Origin: an uncultured Candidatus Rokubacteria bacterium
GTDB lineage: Bacteria > Methylomirabilota > Methylomirabilia > Rokubacteriales > CSP1-6
Assembly (NCBI GenBank): GCA_963771355.1
Contig: CAVYTA010000004.1
Span: forward strand, 96,001 to 160,000
Reading direction: 5' to 3'
Length of the DNA: 64,000 nt
Part shown: positions 26,967 through 38,669 of the stretch, in pieces
Position numbering within the stretch: the stretch's first letter is position 1
Layout: each line of letters begins with the position of its first letter
Position numbers and translations under genes: made by a program
The notes under the pieces: model-generated
What the model was told of the DNA's origin: nothing
The model's input: the letters and a program-made list of their open reading frames with translations, nothing else
Databases searched by the model: none

Positions 26967-28304
26967 ATGGCGGCCACACCGGCGACGAGGTATGCGAAGA
27001 GCGGCGACGTCCACATCGCGTATCAGGTGGTGGGCGACGGTGCGAACGACCTCGTGCTCGTGCCGGGCTGGGTCTCGCATGTCGAGTACGCCTGGGAAGA
27101 CCCGTCCTTCTCGGACTTCCTGAAGCGGCTCGCGTCCTTTTCTCGTCTCATCCTCCTGGACCGTCGGGGCACCGGGCTGTCGGACCGCGTCGCCGAACTT
27201 CCCACGCTCGAGGAGCGGATGGACGACGTTCGCGCGGTGATGGACGCGGCCGGCTCGGAGCGGGCAGCCGTGTTCGGGGTCTCCGAGGGCGGCCCGATGT
27301 GCATGACCTTCGCGGCGACCTATCCCGAGCGCACCTCGGCGCTCGTCCTGTACGGCACCTTCGCGAAGCTGGCGCGCGCGCCGGACTATCCCATCGGCGC
27401 CCCGGAGTCCGCGACCGTAAAATTACTCGAGCGCGTCGAAGCCGCCTGGGGCACGGGCGCGATCAGCGCAGAGCTCTTCGCGCCCAGCCGGGCCTCGGAC
27501 GAGCGCTTTCGCCAATCGTGGGCGCGGTTCGAGCGCTATGCGGTGAGCCCCTCGGGAGCCCGCGCCTTGATCCGCATGGCCGCCGACACTGACGCGCGCG
27601 GTGTCCTCTCGGCCATTCATGTCCCGACGCTCGTCATTCATCGGCAGGGCGATCTCATGAACCGTCTTTCGGGCGCTCGATACTTGGCCGAGCGCATTCG
27701 CGGCGCGAAGGTCGTCGAGCTGCCGGGCGCAGATCATTTTCCATGGGTGGGCGACACGGAGGCCATTCTGGGCGAGGTCGAGGAATTCCTCACTGGCGTG
27801 CGTCACGGGTTCGAGCCCGACCGCGTCCTGGCGACCGTGATGTTCACGGACATCGTGCGCGCCACGGAAACCGCCGCGGGGCTTGGCGACGCGCGGTGGC
27901 GCGGCCTCCTGGAAGGCCACCACGCGCTGGTGCGCGACCAGCTCGCGCGATTCCGCGGACGCGAGATCGACACCGCCGGCGATGGATTCCTCGCCTCGTT
28001 CGACGGGCCGGCGCGCGCCGTGCGCTGCGCCACCGCCGTCTCGCGCGAGGTGCGCCGGCTCGGCCTGGAGGTCCGCGCCGGCCTCCACACCGGCGAGTGC
28101 GAGGTGATGGGCGAGAAGCTCGGCGGGATCGCCGTGCACACAGGCGCGCGCGTCGCGTCGCTCGCGGCCGCGGGCGAAGTGCTCGTCTCCGGCACCGTGA
28201 AGGATCTGGTCGCCGGCTCCGGGATCACATTCGTTGAGCGCGGCACCCACACGCTGAAAGGGATTCCCGGGACGTGGCCCCTGTACGCGGTCGCGTCCGC
28301 GTAA
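26967..28304 (+). CDS. Alpha/beta hydrolase fused to a class III nucleotide cyclase (LipJ/Rv1900c-like)
   Basis: DRRGTGLSD, GVSEGG, LATVMFTDIV, AGDGF, RAGLHTGE, AVHTGARV. Confidence 0.92.
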   Translation: MAATPATRYAKSGDVHIAYQVVGDGANDLVLVPGWVSHVEYAWEDPSFSDFLKRLASFSRLILLDRRGTGLSDRVAELPTLEERMDDVRAVMDAAGSERAAVFGVSEGGPMCMTFAATYPERTSALVLYGTFAKLARAPDYPIGAPESATVKLLERVEAAWGTGAISAELFAPSRASDERFRQSWARFERYAVSPSGARALIRMAADTDARGVLSAIHVPTLVIHRQGDLMNRLSGARYLAERIRGAKVVELPGADHFPWVGDTEAILGEVEEFLTGVRHGFEPDRVLATVMFTDIVRATETAAGLGDARWRGLLEGHHALVRDQLARFRGREIDTAGDGFLASFDGPARAVRCATAVSREVRRLGLEVRAGLHTGECEVMGEKLGGIAVHTGARVASLAAAGEVLVSGTVKDLVAGSGITFVERGTHTLKGIPGTWPLYAVASA

Positions 28305-28391
28305 CCTGCCGCTGAGCGGCCCCGCGCAACCAGCGGGCCACTGAACGCACGCGCGGGGTCACGGATCGCTCCGTAACCCCGCGTGAAGAAT

Positions 28392-28467
28392 TGGTGGAGC
28401 TGAGGGGGCTCGAACCCCTGACCCCAAGACTGCCAGCCTTGTGCTCTCCCAACTGAGCTACAGCCCC
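28392..28467 (-). tRNA. tRNA-Ala(GGC)
   Basis: GGGGCTGTAGCTCAGTTGGGAGAGC..CT-GGC-AG..GGTTCGAGCC..CTCCACCA; G3:U70 pair; encoded CCA. Confidence 0.97.
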
Positions 28468-28564
28468 ACGTGCCGCCCAGAATACTTTTCGCGGTCCGTT
28501 CTGTCAAGAATGGCCGCTATTTGCGCGCGCCCGGGGAACGAGGCTGCGCGAGAACCGTGTGATC

Positions 28565-28650
28565 TGGTGCCGGAGGCGGGATTTGAACCCGCACGCCCTT
28601 GCGGGCACGGCGTTTTGAGCGCCGCGAGTCTGCCGTTTCTCCACTCCGGC
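28565..28650 (-). tRNA. tRNA-Leu(CAA)
   Basis: GCCGGAG acceptor stem, CGGCG-CT-CAA-AA-CGCCG, long variable arm, GGTTCAAATCC, CCA. Confidence 0.96.
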
Positions 28651-28871
28651 CCCGAGGCGTCATACTACCATCGGGGCCCCGGGCCCTGGCCCCGTGGCGG
28701 TCGCAAGGGGCTCAGGTAGGAGGCGTGGTGCACAGACTTTGTAGCTCTCTCCGAACTTTGTCGTCAGTCCTGGTACTCCACGTCACCCTGATGACAGGCT
28801 TGGCGGCTCCCTCTGGCGTTGGACTGTTCGGCTTATACGTGATATCGAGCACTTGGCCGCTCCAGGAGATA

Positions 28872-28887
28872 TGGCAATAATCCTGCT
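28872..28887 (+). promoter_or_regulatory. Putative sigma54 (-24/-12) promoter of the pilin cluster
   Basis: TGGCAATAATCCTGCT: GG and GC at consensus spacing. Confidence 0.6.
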
Positions 28888-28974
28888 TACCGATGGAGTT
28901 AATCTATCACCGCGCACAACACTTCAGGGGGCTCAAGGGCAATGGATGATGTGAAGAGCGTGAAGAAGGTCACC

Positions 28975-29469
28975 ATGCACCCGTTCGTGGACCAGAGGGG
29001 CATGACCGTCCCCGAGATCCTCGCGGCGGTGGTCGTGATCATGGTGGCGCTCGTCGCATTGGCGTCCGCCATCCCGATCTCCGCCTATGGCATCCAGGAG
29101 GGGAGCCAGCTGACGACGGCGACCTTCCTCGCCAACCAGCGCCTGGAGCAGGTCAAGCTGAAGCAATGGACGGTGAAGCCGGACGTGGACCTTATCGGCG
29201 TCTCCGCGTCGGCCACCGCCGCGCCGCAGCAGGCCGGAGTGACGACGACCTTTCCGGACGAGAACCCGGTGGCCGCCCCGTATACCCAGTTCACGCGGAC
29301 GGTGCGGATCACCGATTGCGGGACCGGTGCCGGTTGCGGCGGCGTGGTGCACGCCGGTCTCAAGCAGGTCACGGTGACGGTGAGCTACCAACCGCTGACC
29401 GGTCAGGGACAGGCCGCGGCCGGCACCACGAAATCGGCCATCGTGTCCCTGGTGGTGGCGCGCCGATGA
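28975..29469 (+). CDS. Type IV minor pilin, PilV-like
   Basis: Prepilin site QRG/MTVPE followed by a hydrophobic helix; alternative start 28942. Confidence 0.82.
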   Translation: MHPFVDQRGMTVPEILAAVVVIMVALVALASAIPISAYGIQEGSQLTTATFLANQRLEQVKLKQWTVKPDVDLIGVSASATAAPQQAGVTTTFPDENPVAAPYTQFTRTVRITDCGTGAGCGGVVHAGLKQVTVTVSYQPLTGQGQAAAGTTKSAIVSLVVARR

Positions 29470-30011
29470 GTGCCCTGGCGCGGACGGTGCGAGACCAGCG
29501 CGGCTTCACTCTCGCGGAGCTCATGGTCGTGATGGCGCTCACCGGTCTGGTCCTCGCCGGGGTCTTCGCGATCCAACAGGAAGGCACCAACAGCTATCTC
29601 ATGGGCGCCGGCCGCGTCGAGACTCAGCAGAACGCCCGCGTGGCGCTCGAACAGATGGTCCGGGAGCTCCGGTCGGCGGAGTCCATCACCGCGATCGGCA
29701 GCGCGACGGACGTCACCTTTGTGGATGTCACCGGCACCACGGTGCGCTACCAGCTGAGCGGCACTACCCTGAACCGGACGGCAGCGGGTGTCGGCGGTGT
29801 CCTCATCGGAGGCGTGCAGTCCCTCTCGTTGACCTACTACGCCGCCGGCTTCGATCCCGCCACCAACACCGGGCCGACCACCACCGTCCCCGGGAACCTG
29901 AAGGCTGTCCGCATCCAGCTCACTACCCGTCCGGAGCGGCCCGCCGGCGCCGGCACACCTGGCGACCAGCGGGCGACGGTGGAATCCACCGTGATGCTCC
30001 GGAACAGTTGA
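29466..30011 (+). CDS. Type IV minor pilin, PilW-like
   Basis: QRG/FTLAEL, QQNARVALEQM.RELR.A. Confidence 0.85.
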   Translation: MSALARTVRDQRGFTLAELMVVMALTGLVLAGVFAIQQEGTNSYLMGAGRVETQQNARVALEQMVRELRSAESITAIGSATDVTFVDVTGTTVRYQLSGTTLNRTAAGVGGVLIGGVQSLSLTYYAAGFDPATNTGPTTTVPGNLKAVRIQLTTRPERPAGAGTPGDQRATVESTVMLRNS

Positions 30012-30024
30012 CGGAGGATCCCTC

Positions 30025-31219
30025 ATGCATAGTCGCAAGCTCACTCAGATACTCACCGACGAGCGGGGGGCCGCCCTTCCACTCGCGCTGATCGCGATGG
30101 TCATGCTCACCACGCTCATCGTCGCCTTCTCGGTTCTGGCCACGACGGAGCCTCTGATCGCCAATAACCAGCTCACGGTGGCCCAGGCCCGGGCCGTCGC
30201 CGAGTCGGGGGTGGAGCGCGCCATCTGGGCGCTCAACAACGACACGCAATGCGAGCGGCCTGCCCAATCCCCTCCCCGGCACTGTTCCCGCCCCATACGA
30301 CGGCAGCGCCTCCGTCAACGTGAGCCTGGGCGGCAACACCCTCGGGGTCTACCGGGTCACGGTGACCCCCGCCGCGGCCGCCAACGAGCGGAATATCGTC
30401 TCGCTCGGCTTTCTCCCCTCCGAGGCGAGCCCGAAGTCCAAGCAGCGCATCCAGGTCACCGTGGTCAAGCTCAAGTTCCTCGATCCGCCGGCGGCGCTGT
30501 CCGTCCGGGGTGAGCTCCAGGTGGGCGGTAACACGCACATCAGCGCCCACGACGACACGAGCTGTGGCTCCAAGCCGGGAACCTACACCACGGGGACGAC
30601 CGATATACAGGGCGGCTCCGCCAATGTGTTCGGCGCCGACGGCAACACCGCGCAGAACCAGACCGGCGATGTCGCGCAAGGCCAGCCGACGGCCGCCTTC
30701 GACCAGTATCTCCTGAGCGACAGCGATATGGCCATGCTCAAGGCTTACGCGAAGTCGCAGGGCACCTACTACCAGGGCACGGTGGAGTTCAGCGCGAGCA
30801 ATCGGATGCCCAACGGCGTGATCTTCGTGGACTCCACGAGCGGCAACGCCGTCACCGATACGAGCGACCCGTCGGACATGGCGAACGTCACCATCCACGG
30901 GAACGCGCCCTCCTCCGCGGATGGCATCTTCCACGGCTGGCTCATCATCAATGGCTCGCTGGCCATCAGCGGAAACTTCCAGATGTGGGGGTACGGGTAC
31001 GTCCAGAACGACTTGACCTATACCGGCACGGGCACCGGCCAGATCGTCGGCGCGATGCTGAGCCGGAACGTTCGGGACACCTCGTCCACGACGATCGACA
31101 CCAACACCGGCGGTAATGCCAGCATCGTCTACGACTGCGCCAAGGCGCGGGAGGGCGGCGGGTTCGTGCCGGTCACCTTCTCCGTGAAGGCGGGGACGTA
31201 CAAGGAGCTCTCCGACTGA
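30025..31219 (+). CDS. PilX-like protein, split by one frameshift near 30247
   Basis: ERG/AALPLAL (no Glu5), A...AESGVE.A; continues in another frame as NASGLPNPLPG..GTYKELSD. Confidence 0.8.
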
Positions 31220-31917
31220 AGTACCGCAGCGCCCTCCTCGCGGTTCTGGCGCTGGCCCTCGTGGTCGGCGCGTGCCGCAATCCTCCACCGCCCGCCACGG
31301 CGGTGGAGGACCCCGAGACGCTGGCCGCCGCCGCCCTCGGCCGGGGCGACTATGCGCAGGCCGCCATCCTGTATCGCAAGGCCATCGAGCGGCGGCCCGA
31401 CAGCGTCTCCGCCCACTATGGGCTCGGCGTCGCCAGCTCGAATCTCAACCTGCGGGACGACACCATCCGCGAGTTCCAATGGGTCCTCGCCCATGGGGTG
31501 CCGGACTCGGCAGAGGTCGACGCGGCCCGCCGCTGGCTGATCGCGGCGGGCGTCCTTCGACCGTCGGTGGCCGCCGTCACTCCGGTCGAGGCCGACCGGG
31601 GCGGGAACGGGGTCATCGAGGGCCAGGCCTATCTCGGCAGCGCGGACCAGCGGCAGCCACAGGTTCGGATGCAGCTCCACCTCGTCGGCCAACCCGACAG
31701 CCCGACGAAGGAGGAGCGTCACGTCCTCCGAACCGGCAACGACGGCTCCTTCCGATTCGGTAACGTGATGCCGGGCTTCTACATGCTCACCGACCGCGTG
31801 GCGGGCAAGCCTCAGTGGCGGCTCAAGATCGAGGTGAACACGGGAGCCACGCTCCGCCTCGATCTGAATCCGGGCAATAGCACCTCGGCGCGCGACGACT
31901 TCCCGAATCGCGGCTAG
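31216..31917 (+). CDS. TPR lipoprotein with a C-terminal beta-sandwich (carboxypeptidase-regulatory-like) domain
   Basis: A complete signal (KYRSALLAVLALALVVGAC) requires a CTG start at 31216; TPR GDYAQAA..AHYGLG; DGSFRF.NV.PG.Y. Confidence 0.75.
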   Translation: MKYRSALLAVLALALVVGACRNPPPPATAVEDPETLAAAALGRGDYAQAAILYRKAIERRPDSVSAHYGLGVASSNLNLRDDTIREFQWVLAHGVPDSAEVDAARRWLIAAGVLRPSVAAVTPVEADRGGNGVIEGQAYLGSADQRQPQVRMQLHLVGQPDSPTKEERHVLRTGNDGSFRFGNVMPGFYMLTDRVAGKPQWRLKIEVNTGATLRLDLNPGNSTSARDDFPNRG

Positions 31918-31950
31918 CTCCCCGCGCTCCCACCCTCGCGCCGGGTCCCC

Positions 31951-32776
31951 TCAGGTGGGCTCGATCGGCATCCGCGCGATCCCGAGCCAGGCAATGGGCA
32001 CCCCCGCCTTCTCGGCGGCCTGCGCGCCCGGCAGCGCGCGGGTCCCAGTCGGCGGCCACGAAGCGCCGGGCGTTGACGCCGGCGGCGGCGTCGGACACCA
32101 GCCAGAGCAGCGGCGGCACCATGATCTCGGGCTGGAGCATCTTGCCGCGGTCGCCGGCGTCGTCACCGACGAGCGGAGTGTTGGTCACGCCACCGGGAAC
32201 CAGCACGTTCGCGGTGACGCCGGTGCCCGCCAGATCCGCCGCCATGATGGCGGTCGCGGACTCGGCGGCGGCCTTGCTCGCGCCGTAAAGCAGATAGCCC
32301 GCGCGGACCATGGTGCCGAGGCTGGTGGTCACGGTGATGATGCGCCCCTGCCGGGCGCGCAGCATATGGGGCACCACCGCCCGGGCCATCATGATCGGCC
32401 CGGTGGCATTCACGGCGAGGAAGCGGCTCCACTGATCCGGGCTGGCCTCCCAGAACCGAATCGGGTTGCGCCGCTGATCGGCGCGCACCGACGCTTGTCC
32501 GATGCCGGCATTGTTGACGAGCACGTCGATGCGCCCGAATCGCTCCAGCGCGGCGGCCACGATCCGATCGAACGCGTCAGGCTGGGCGAGGTCGGCCGGC
32601 ACGGTCAGGATGGAGCCCGGCGTGCCGATCTTGGGGGGTGCCAGCGCCGCCAGCGCGGTCGCATTGCGATCGACGGCCACGACATCCATGCCGCTCCCGG
32701 CGAGGCCGAGCGCCATGGCCCGGCCGAGGCCGCTCGCCGCGCCGGTCACGATCGCGGCCTTCCGCTCGATCACCAT
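31951..32776 (-). CDS. Short-chain dehydrogenase/reductase, probable frameshift near 32040
   Basis: TGAASGLG, NNAG, YGASK; the plausible C-terminus (ALPGAQAAEKAG..) is in a second frame. Confidence 0.85.
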
Positions 32777-32938
32777 CGAGGTTGTCCTCCTTGTCTCCTG
32801 CTCCGGGTGACTATTCCAGAAGTCGAGGCCTCGCGCCAGAACCTCCTCATCCTCTGTTAGACTCCCGCCAGCCTGTGAGTTGGGCTCAGGGATGGACCTG
32901 ACCGAGGGCCAATGAGGTGACCCGGTGACCGCGAGCCC

Positions 32939-34582
32939 ATGAACCACGCCGATCGACCGGACTCAGTCCCCGAGGGGGCGAGCCTCGGCGAACGCTTTGC
33001 CCGCCTGCTCCTGACCCGCTCGCCGCTGGGCGCCCTGGTCCGGCGCGTCGCTCGCATCCGCGCGTCCGTCCACGCCAAGCTGCTGGGCGCGTTCCTTCTC
33101 ATCGCGCTCCTCCTCATCGCCATGGCGGTGATGAGCCTCCAGGCCATCAACAGCGTGGCCCGCCAGAGCCGGCTCCTGGATCAGGCCCACCAGCGGGTGG
33201 AGGACTCCCGCCAGATCGCCCGCACCGTGGGTGCGCAGATGAACTTCATCCGGAATGCCGTGCTCCTCCGGGACGAGGCGACCATCGAGAGCATCCTCCG
33301 GGAGAGCGACCGGTTCGGCAATACGCTCGCCGTCCTCGATCGGTCCGCCGCGTCGGAGGAGAAGGAAGCCATCCAGCGGATTCGCGAGGTCCATACCCAG
33401 GTCCTGAGCACGGTGGGGGCGGTGGCGACGCTCATCCGGGCGGGCAAGGTCGACGAGGCGATGACGCTCCATCTCAACGAAAGCCAGCCTCTCTACCGGG
33501 AGGTCACCAGCCTCGTCACCCGGGTCGTTCAAAGTGAAGAGGCGGAGATGGCCCGGCTTCGGCCGCAGGTGGCCGCGGCGAGCCGGAAAGCCCTGTGGCT
33601 CATGGGGGGCTTCGCGGCGGCCTCGATCTTCCTCGCGCTCCTGCTCGGGTTCGTCATCTCCTGGTCTTTCATCCTGCCCGTCCGGGAGGCCGAGGGATTC
33701 CTGGCGCACGTCACCAAGGGGGACTTCAGCACGAGCATCGACGTCCCGAATCGCGACGAGTTCGGCGCCCTGGCCGCCCGGATGAACGCGATGAGCCGAG
33801 AGCTGCATCAGCTCAACGAGGACCAGCGCCGGGCGGCGCAGCAGCTCCAGCGGCTGAACGCGGAGCTGGAGCAGGCCAGCCGGGCCAAGTCGGACTTCCT
33901 GGCCAACATGAGCCACGAGCTCCGCACGCCGATGAACGCGATCCTCGGCTTCACCGAGATGATCGTGGACGGCGTCTACGGCGACGTGCCGCCCGAGATT
34001 CGCGAGCCCGTCGCCGACATCAACACCTGCGGTCGGCAGCTCCTCCGTCTCATCAACGACGTGCTCGACCTCTCCAAGATCGAGGCCGGGCGCATGGAGC
34101 TCGCCCTCGATGCCTACTCGGTCGAGGATGTCGTGAACACCGTGAAGACCTCACTGCGGTCGCTGGCCGCGGAGAAGGGGCTGGACTTCGTCACCGTCGT
34201 CCAGCCGGACATGCCGATCTGCCACGGGGACGCCAAGCGCATCACGCAGTGCCTGGTGAACCTGGCCGGGAACGCGTTGAAGTTCACCCGCGAAGGACGG
34301 GTCGAGATCGGGGCGGAGATCCGGGACGGGGCGCTGCTCTTTCGGGTCTCCGATACCGGGATCGGTATCGCCGCCTCGCAGCTCGGACACATCTTCGAGG
34401 AGTTCCGGCAGGTGGACGCCACCATCACACGGGAATTCGGCGGAACGGGGCTGGGGCTCTCCATCACGAAGAAGTTCGTCGAGCTCCACGGCGGGCGGAT
34501 CTGGGTGGAGAGCGAGGCCGGGAAGGGCTCGACGTTCTTCATCTCGATGCCGCTGACGGTGGAGCGGGGGGCTACGGCGTGA
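32939..34582 (+). CDS. Membrane HAMP-domain sensor histidine kinase
   Basis: 2 TM, helical extracytoplasmic domain, HAMP, MSHELRTP, N/G1/F/G2 boxes. Confidence 0.94.
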   Translation: MNHADRPDSVPEGASLGERFARLLLTRSPLGALVRRVARIRASVHAKLLGAFLLIALLLIAMAVMSLQAINSVARQSRLLDQAHQRVEDSRQIARTVGAQMNFIRNAVLLRDEATIESILRESDRFGNTLAVLDRSAASEEKEAIQRIREVHTQVLSTVGAVATLIRAGKVDEAMTLHLNESQPLYREVTSLVTRVVQSEEAEMARLRPQVAAASRKALWLMGGFAAASIFLALLLGFVISWSFILPVREAEGFLAHVTKGDFSTSIDVPNRDEFGALAARMNAMSRELHQLNEDQRRAAQQLQRLNAELEQASRAKSDFLANMSHELRTPMNAILGFTEMIVDGVYGDVPPEIREPVADINTCGRQLLRLINDVLDLSKIEAGRMELALDAYSVEDVVNTVKTSLRSLAAEKGLDFVTVVQPDMPICHGDAKRITQCLVNLAGNALKFTREGRVEIGAEIRDGALLFRVSDTGIGIAASQLGHIFEEFRQVDATITREFGGTGLGLSITKKFVELHGGRIWVESEAGKGSTFFISMPLTVERGATA

Positions 34583-34947
34583 AAACGATACTCTACGTCG
34601 AGGACAACGAGTTCAACCGGAAGATCGTTCGCGATCTCCTGGGACGCTCCTCCTACCGGCTGATCGAGGCCACCGACGGCGAGGCCGGGGTGGCGGCGGC
34701 GCGCGAGACGCTGCCGGACCTCATCATCATGGACATCCAGCTCCCCAAGCTGTCCGGGCTGGAGGCCACCCGTCAGCTCCGCGCCGAGCCCGCGACGGCG
34801 CACATCCCCATCATCGCGATGACGTCGTTCGCGCTGGCCGGTGACGAGGAGAAGGCCCGCGCGGCGGGGGCCGCCGCCTACCTCTCGAAGCCGTACAGCC
34901 CGCGGGAGCTGCGCCGGCTCATCGGAGAGCTGGCGCCGGAGGGCTGA
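34579..34947 (+). CDS. Single-domain response regulator (DivK-like)
   Basis: VEDNE, MDIQLP, SKP; GTG overlaps the kinase stop. Confidence 0.92.
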   Translation: MKTILYVEDNEFNRKIVRDLLGRSSYRLIEATDGEAGVAAARETLPDLIIMDIQLPKLSGLEATRQLRAEPATAHIPIIAMTSFALAGDEEKARAAGAAAYLSKPYSPRELRRLIGELAPEG

Positions 34948-34949
34948 TC

Positions 34950-36197
<1,248 letters not shown>

Positions 36198-36371
36198 TTA
36201 TTGGCCCAGGCGGGCCCGCAGTCAAGCTTGGTGGCCAGCGGCCGGCCGGGCGGCCGTGATCGGGGTTCGTCCTCGGCGCGGGTGCATGCAATGGGGGGGA
36301 AGCGACGAGACAATGCGACGCGGGGCGCCCGAGTATGCTAACGAATAGGCGCCAGCGCATTGGCCCTACGC

Positions 36372-38669
36372 ATGGAGCAACGGCAGGCCGCCGAGCAGGC
36401 ACTTCTGGAGGCCGTGGCGTTCCTCGTCACGGCGTGGAAGAACCTGTTCGCCTATCCACCCGGGCACCCCGCCCGCGCGGCCTCCCTCGACACCGCGCAC
36501 CTCCGTCTCGCCGCGTTCATGGCCGAGTGGGGCCGCCTGGCGCTGGGCGTGACCCGGGACGGTCTCCTCTACGGAGAGAAGAAGATCGAGTCCGCCAATG
36601 TGGGAATGTTCGCCGAGGCCCTCTACCGTCGGAACGCGGCCCTGGTCTACATCGATGAGGACGTCGCCCCCCGTGACCTCGAGTGTCTCCTGCGTCTGCT
36701 CGCCCACGCGCCCGGCGGACCCGAGCGCGCCACCATCGGCGAGGAGCTGCGTGCGGCCGACGTTGACCGCATCACCGTCACCTCCATCGACTACACGCGC
36801 CTCGTCACCACCGATCAGCTCAAGGTCGCTGAGCGCGGCCCGGCCGGATCCCTCTGGGACACGCTGATCGGCGCGCTCCTCTCCGGCAAGCACCTCACGC
36901 TCGACGACTCCGGGTCCTTGCCGGGCGGGACCTACTCGGCGACGGGCCTCGCCGACCTCCTGATCCGGTCTGGTGGCTTGGGTGGGGCGGGTGGGACCGG
37001 CGGGGCGGGTGGGACCGGCGGGCCGGGCGGGGCCGGTGGGCCGGGCGGACGGGGTGGGACCAGTGGGGCGGGCGGCGCCGCGGGCGAGGGTGGAGGCGGT
37101 GCGGCGATTTCTGCCCTGGCCGGCGCGATCACGGAGCACCTCACTCGCGTCAGGGGCCAGGAAAAGGACCTCTCCCTTCGTCAGGTCGCGGAGCTCCTCC
37201 GCGCGCTCCCGGCGGGGGTGCGTGAGCCGCTGCTCGCCGCCGCGCTCCGGACCCTCGACACCGAGGAGCAGTCCCAGGAGCGCCTGGCCAGCCTGGTGAC
37301 GTCGCTCGGGCCCGATCAGGTGCTGCAGTCGCTGCGGCGCCTCAACACCGAGGGGATGCGGCTTTCGTCTCACGCGCTCCGCATGATCCAGACCCTGGCC
37401 GCGGCGCGCGAGCAGCTGACCAGCCCGGATCGTCTCGCGAGCGTGTCGGCGGACATCGCCGAGGTCTCGGCACTCCTCGCGGATGAGGACGTGGACCGCT
37501 TCAACTCCGAGGATCACCGTGCGCTCCTGGCGCAGGTGGCCGCGGTCGACCTCATGATCGCGCCGGTTTCCATCGTGTCCGACCGGAGCCTCATCGAGGC
37601 GGAGACCGAGTCCCTCACCGAGGCCGCAGTGGAGACGAGCCTGGTGGCGACGCTCCTCGACCTCGCCGCCGCCTGCCCGGAGCCGGTTCTCCCCATGGTC
37701 GTCGAACGGCTGCGGGCGTTCTTCGGGCAATCCCTCGCCACCGGGCGCTTCGAGCGTGCCGTCGGCATCCTCCGCGGGGTGCGTGCCCTCGCGGAGGACC
37801 CGCGCCTGACGTCGGCGCAGCGGGAGGGGCGCGCCGCGCTTCTTGGAGATCTCGCCAAGTCCCTGCCGCTCTCGTCGCTCCTCGCCGAGGCCGGCGCGTC
37901 CGAACGGCTGACCCTCGGCCAGATCCAGAGCGTGGTCGCCGAGCTGGGCCCCGGTGCCGTCCGCCCCGTCCTCGAGGCGCTGGCCGCCGAGCCCGATCGC
38001 GGGCGGCGCTTCCAGCTCTTCGACTTCGCCGAGTCCCTGGGTTCCGCCGTCGTTCCGGAGGCGACCCGGCTGCTCTTCGACACGCGTTGGTTCGTGGTGC
38101 GGAACATGATCCTCCTGCTCCGCAAGGTCGGGGATCGGTCGGCCCTGAAGGAGATCCAGCGCTGTGCCGAGGCTCTGGATCCGCGGGTCGGGCTCGAGGC
38201 GGTCATGATGCTCCTCGCCATCGACTCCAAGGTCTCGCGGGACCTCCTCGGCAAGATGATCAATCACCCGGACCCCAAGAGGGCCGAAGCCACCGTCGCC
38301 TTGACCGGCCAGCACGGCATCGTCGAGGCGATCGACCCGCTGGTGGCGATGCTGCTCCGGTGGGACCCTCTCGGGAGCCGGCTGTCCTTGCGGCTGCAGG
38401 CCCTCCGGGCGCTCAAGACGCTCAAGGCCGCCACGGTGGCGGCGGACCCGGAGGTGCTCGCCCGGCTCGCCCGGTACTTCCGCCACTGGCGCGTGCCCCT
38501 GGTGCGCCTCGAGGAGCGCCGGGCCGCGTTCCGGCTCCTCGAGTCCTACCCCGAGGCGCTACGGGCCCCGTATGTGCGGCGAGGCCAGCGGTCCAAGGAT
38601 TCGGTCATCCGCGCGATCTGCGACCGGCTCGCCAAGCAATCCGACGCGCCGCCCGGGAAGACCCCGTGA
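36372..38669 (+). CDS. Large HEAT-repeat-like protein with a Gly-rich insert
   Basis: YPPGHP N-terminal domain; helical C-terminus with D.RWFVVRNMI.LL..G. Confidence 0.8.
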   Translation: MEQRQAAEQALLEAVAFLVTAWKNLFAYPPGHPARAASLDTAHLRLAAFMAEWGRLALGVTRDGLLYGEKKIESANVGMFAEALYRRNAALVYIDEDVAPRDLECLLRLLAHAPGGPERATIGEELRAADVDRITVTSIDYTRLVTTDQLKVAERGPAGSLWDTLIGALLSGKHLTLDDSGSLPGGTYSATGLADLLIRSGGLGGAGGTGGAGGTGGPGGAGGPGGRGGTSGAGGAAGEGGGGAAISALAGAITEHLTRVRGQEKDLSLRQVAELLRALPAGVREPLLAAALRTLDTEEQSQERLASLVTSLGPDQVLQSLRRLNTEGMRLSSHALRMIQTLAAAREQLTSPDRLASVSADIAEVSALLADEDVDRFNSEDHRALLAQVAAVDLMIAPVSIVSDRSLIEAETESLTEAAVETSLVATLLDLAAACPEPVLPMVVERLRAFFGQSLATGRFERAVGILRGVRALAEDPRLTSAQREGRAALLGDLAKSLPLSSLLAEAGASERLTLGQIQSVVAELGPGAVRPVLEALAAEPDRGRRFQLFDFAESLGSAVVPEATRLLFDTRWFVVRNMILLLRKVGDRSALKEIQRCAEALDPRVGLEAVMMLLAIDSKVSRDLLGKMINHPDPKRAEATVALTGQHGIVEAIDPLVAMLLRWDPLGSRLSLRLQALRALKTLKAATVAADPEVLARLARYFRHWRVPLVRLEERRAAFRLLESYPEALRAPYVRRGQRSKDSVIRAICDRLAKQSDAPPGKTP
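36972..37101 (+). repeat. Gly-rich GGxGGx low-complexity repeat
   Basis: GGAGGT GGAGGT GGPGGA GGPGGR GGTSGA. Confidence 0.8.

Noticed and set aside
28305..28700. tRNA pair as the integration site of an island
   Set aside because: No integrase and no duplicated tRNA 3' end seen in the window.
30240..30260. Programmed or phase-variable frameshift in the pilX-like gene
   Set aside because: No homopolymer or slippery run at the site; the window has many probable sequencing indels.
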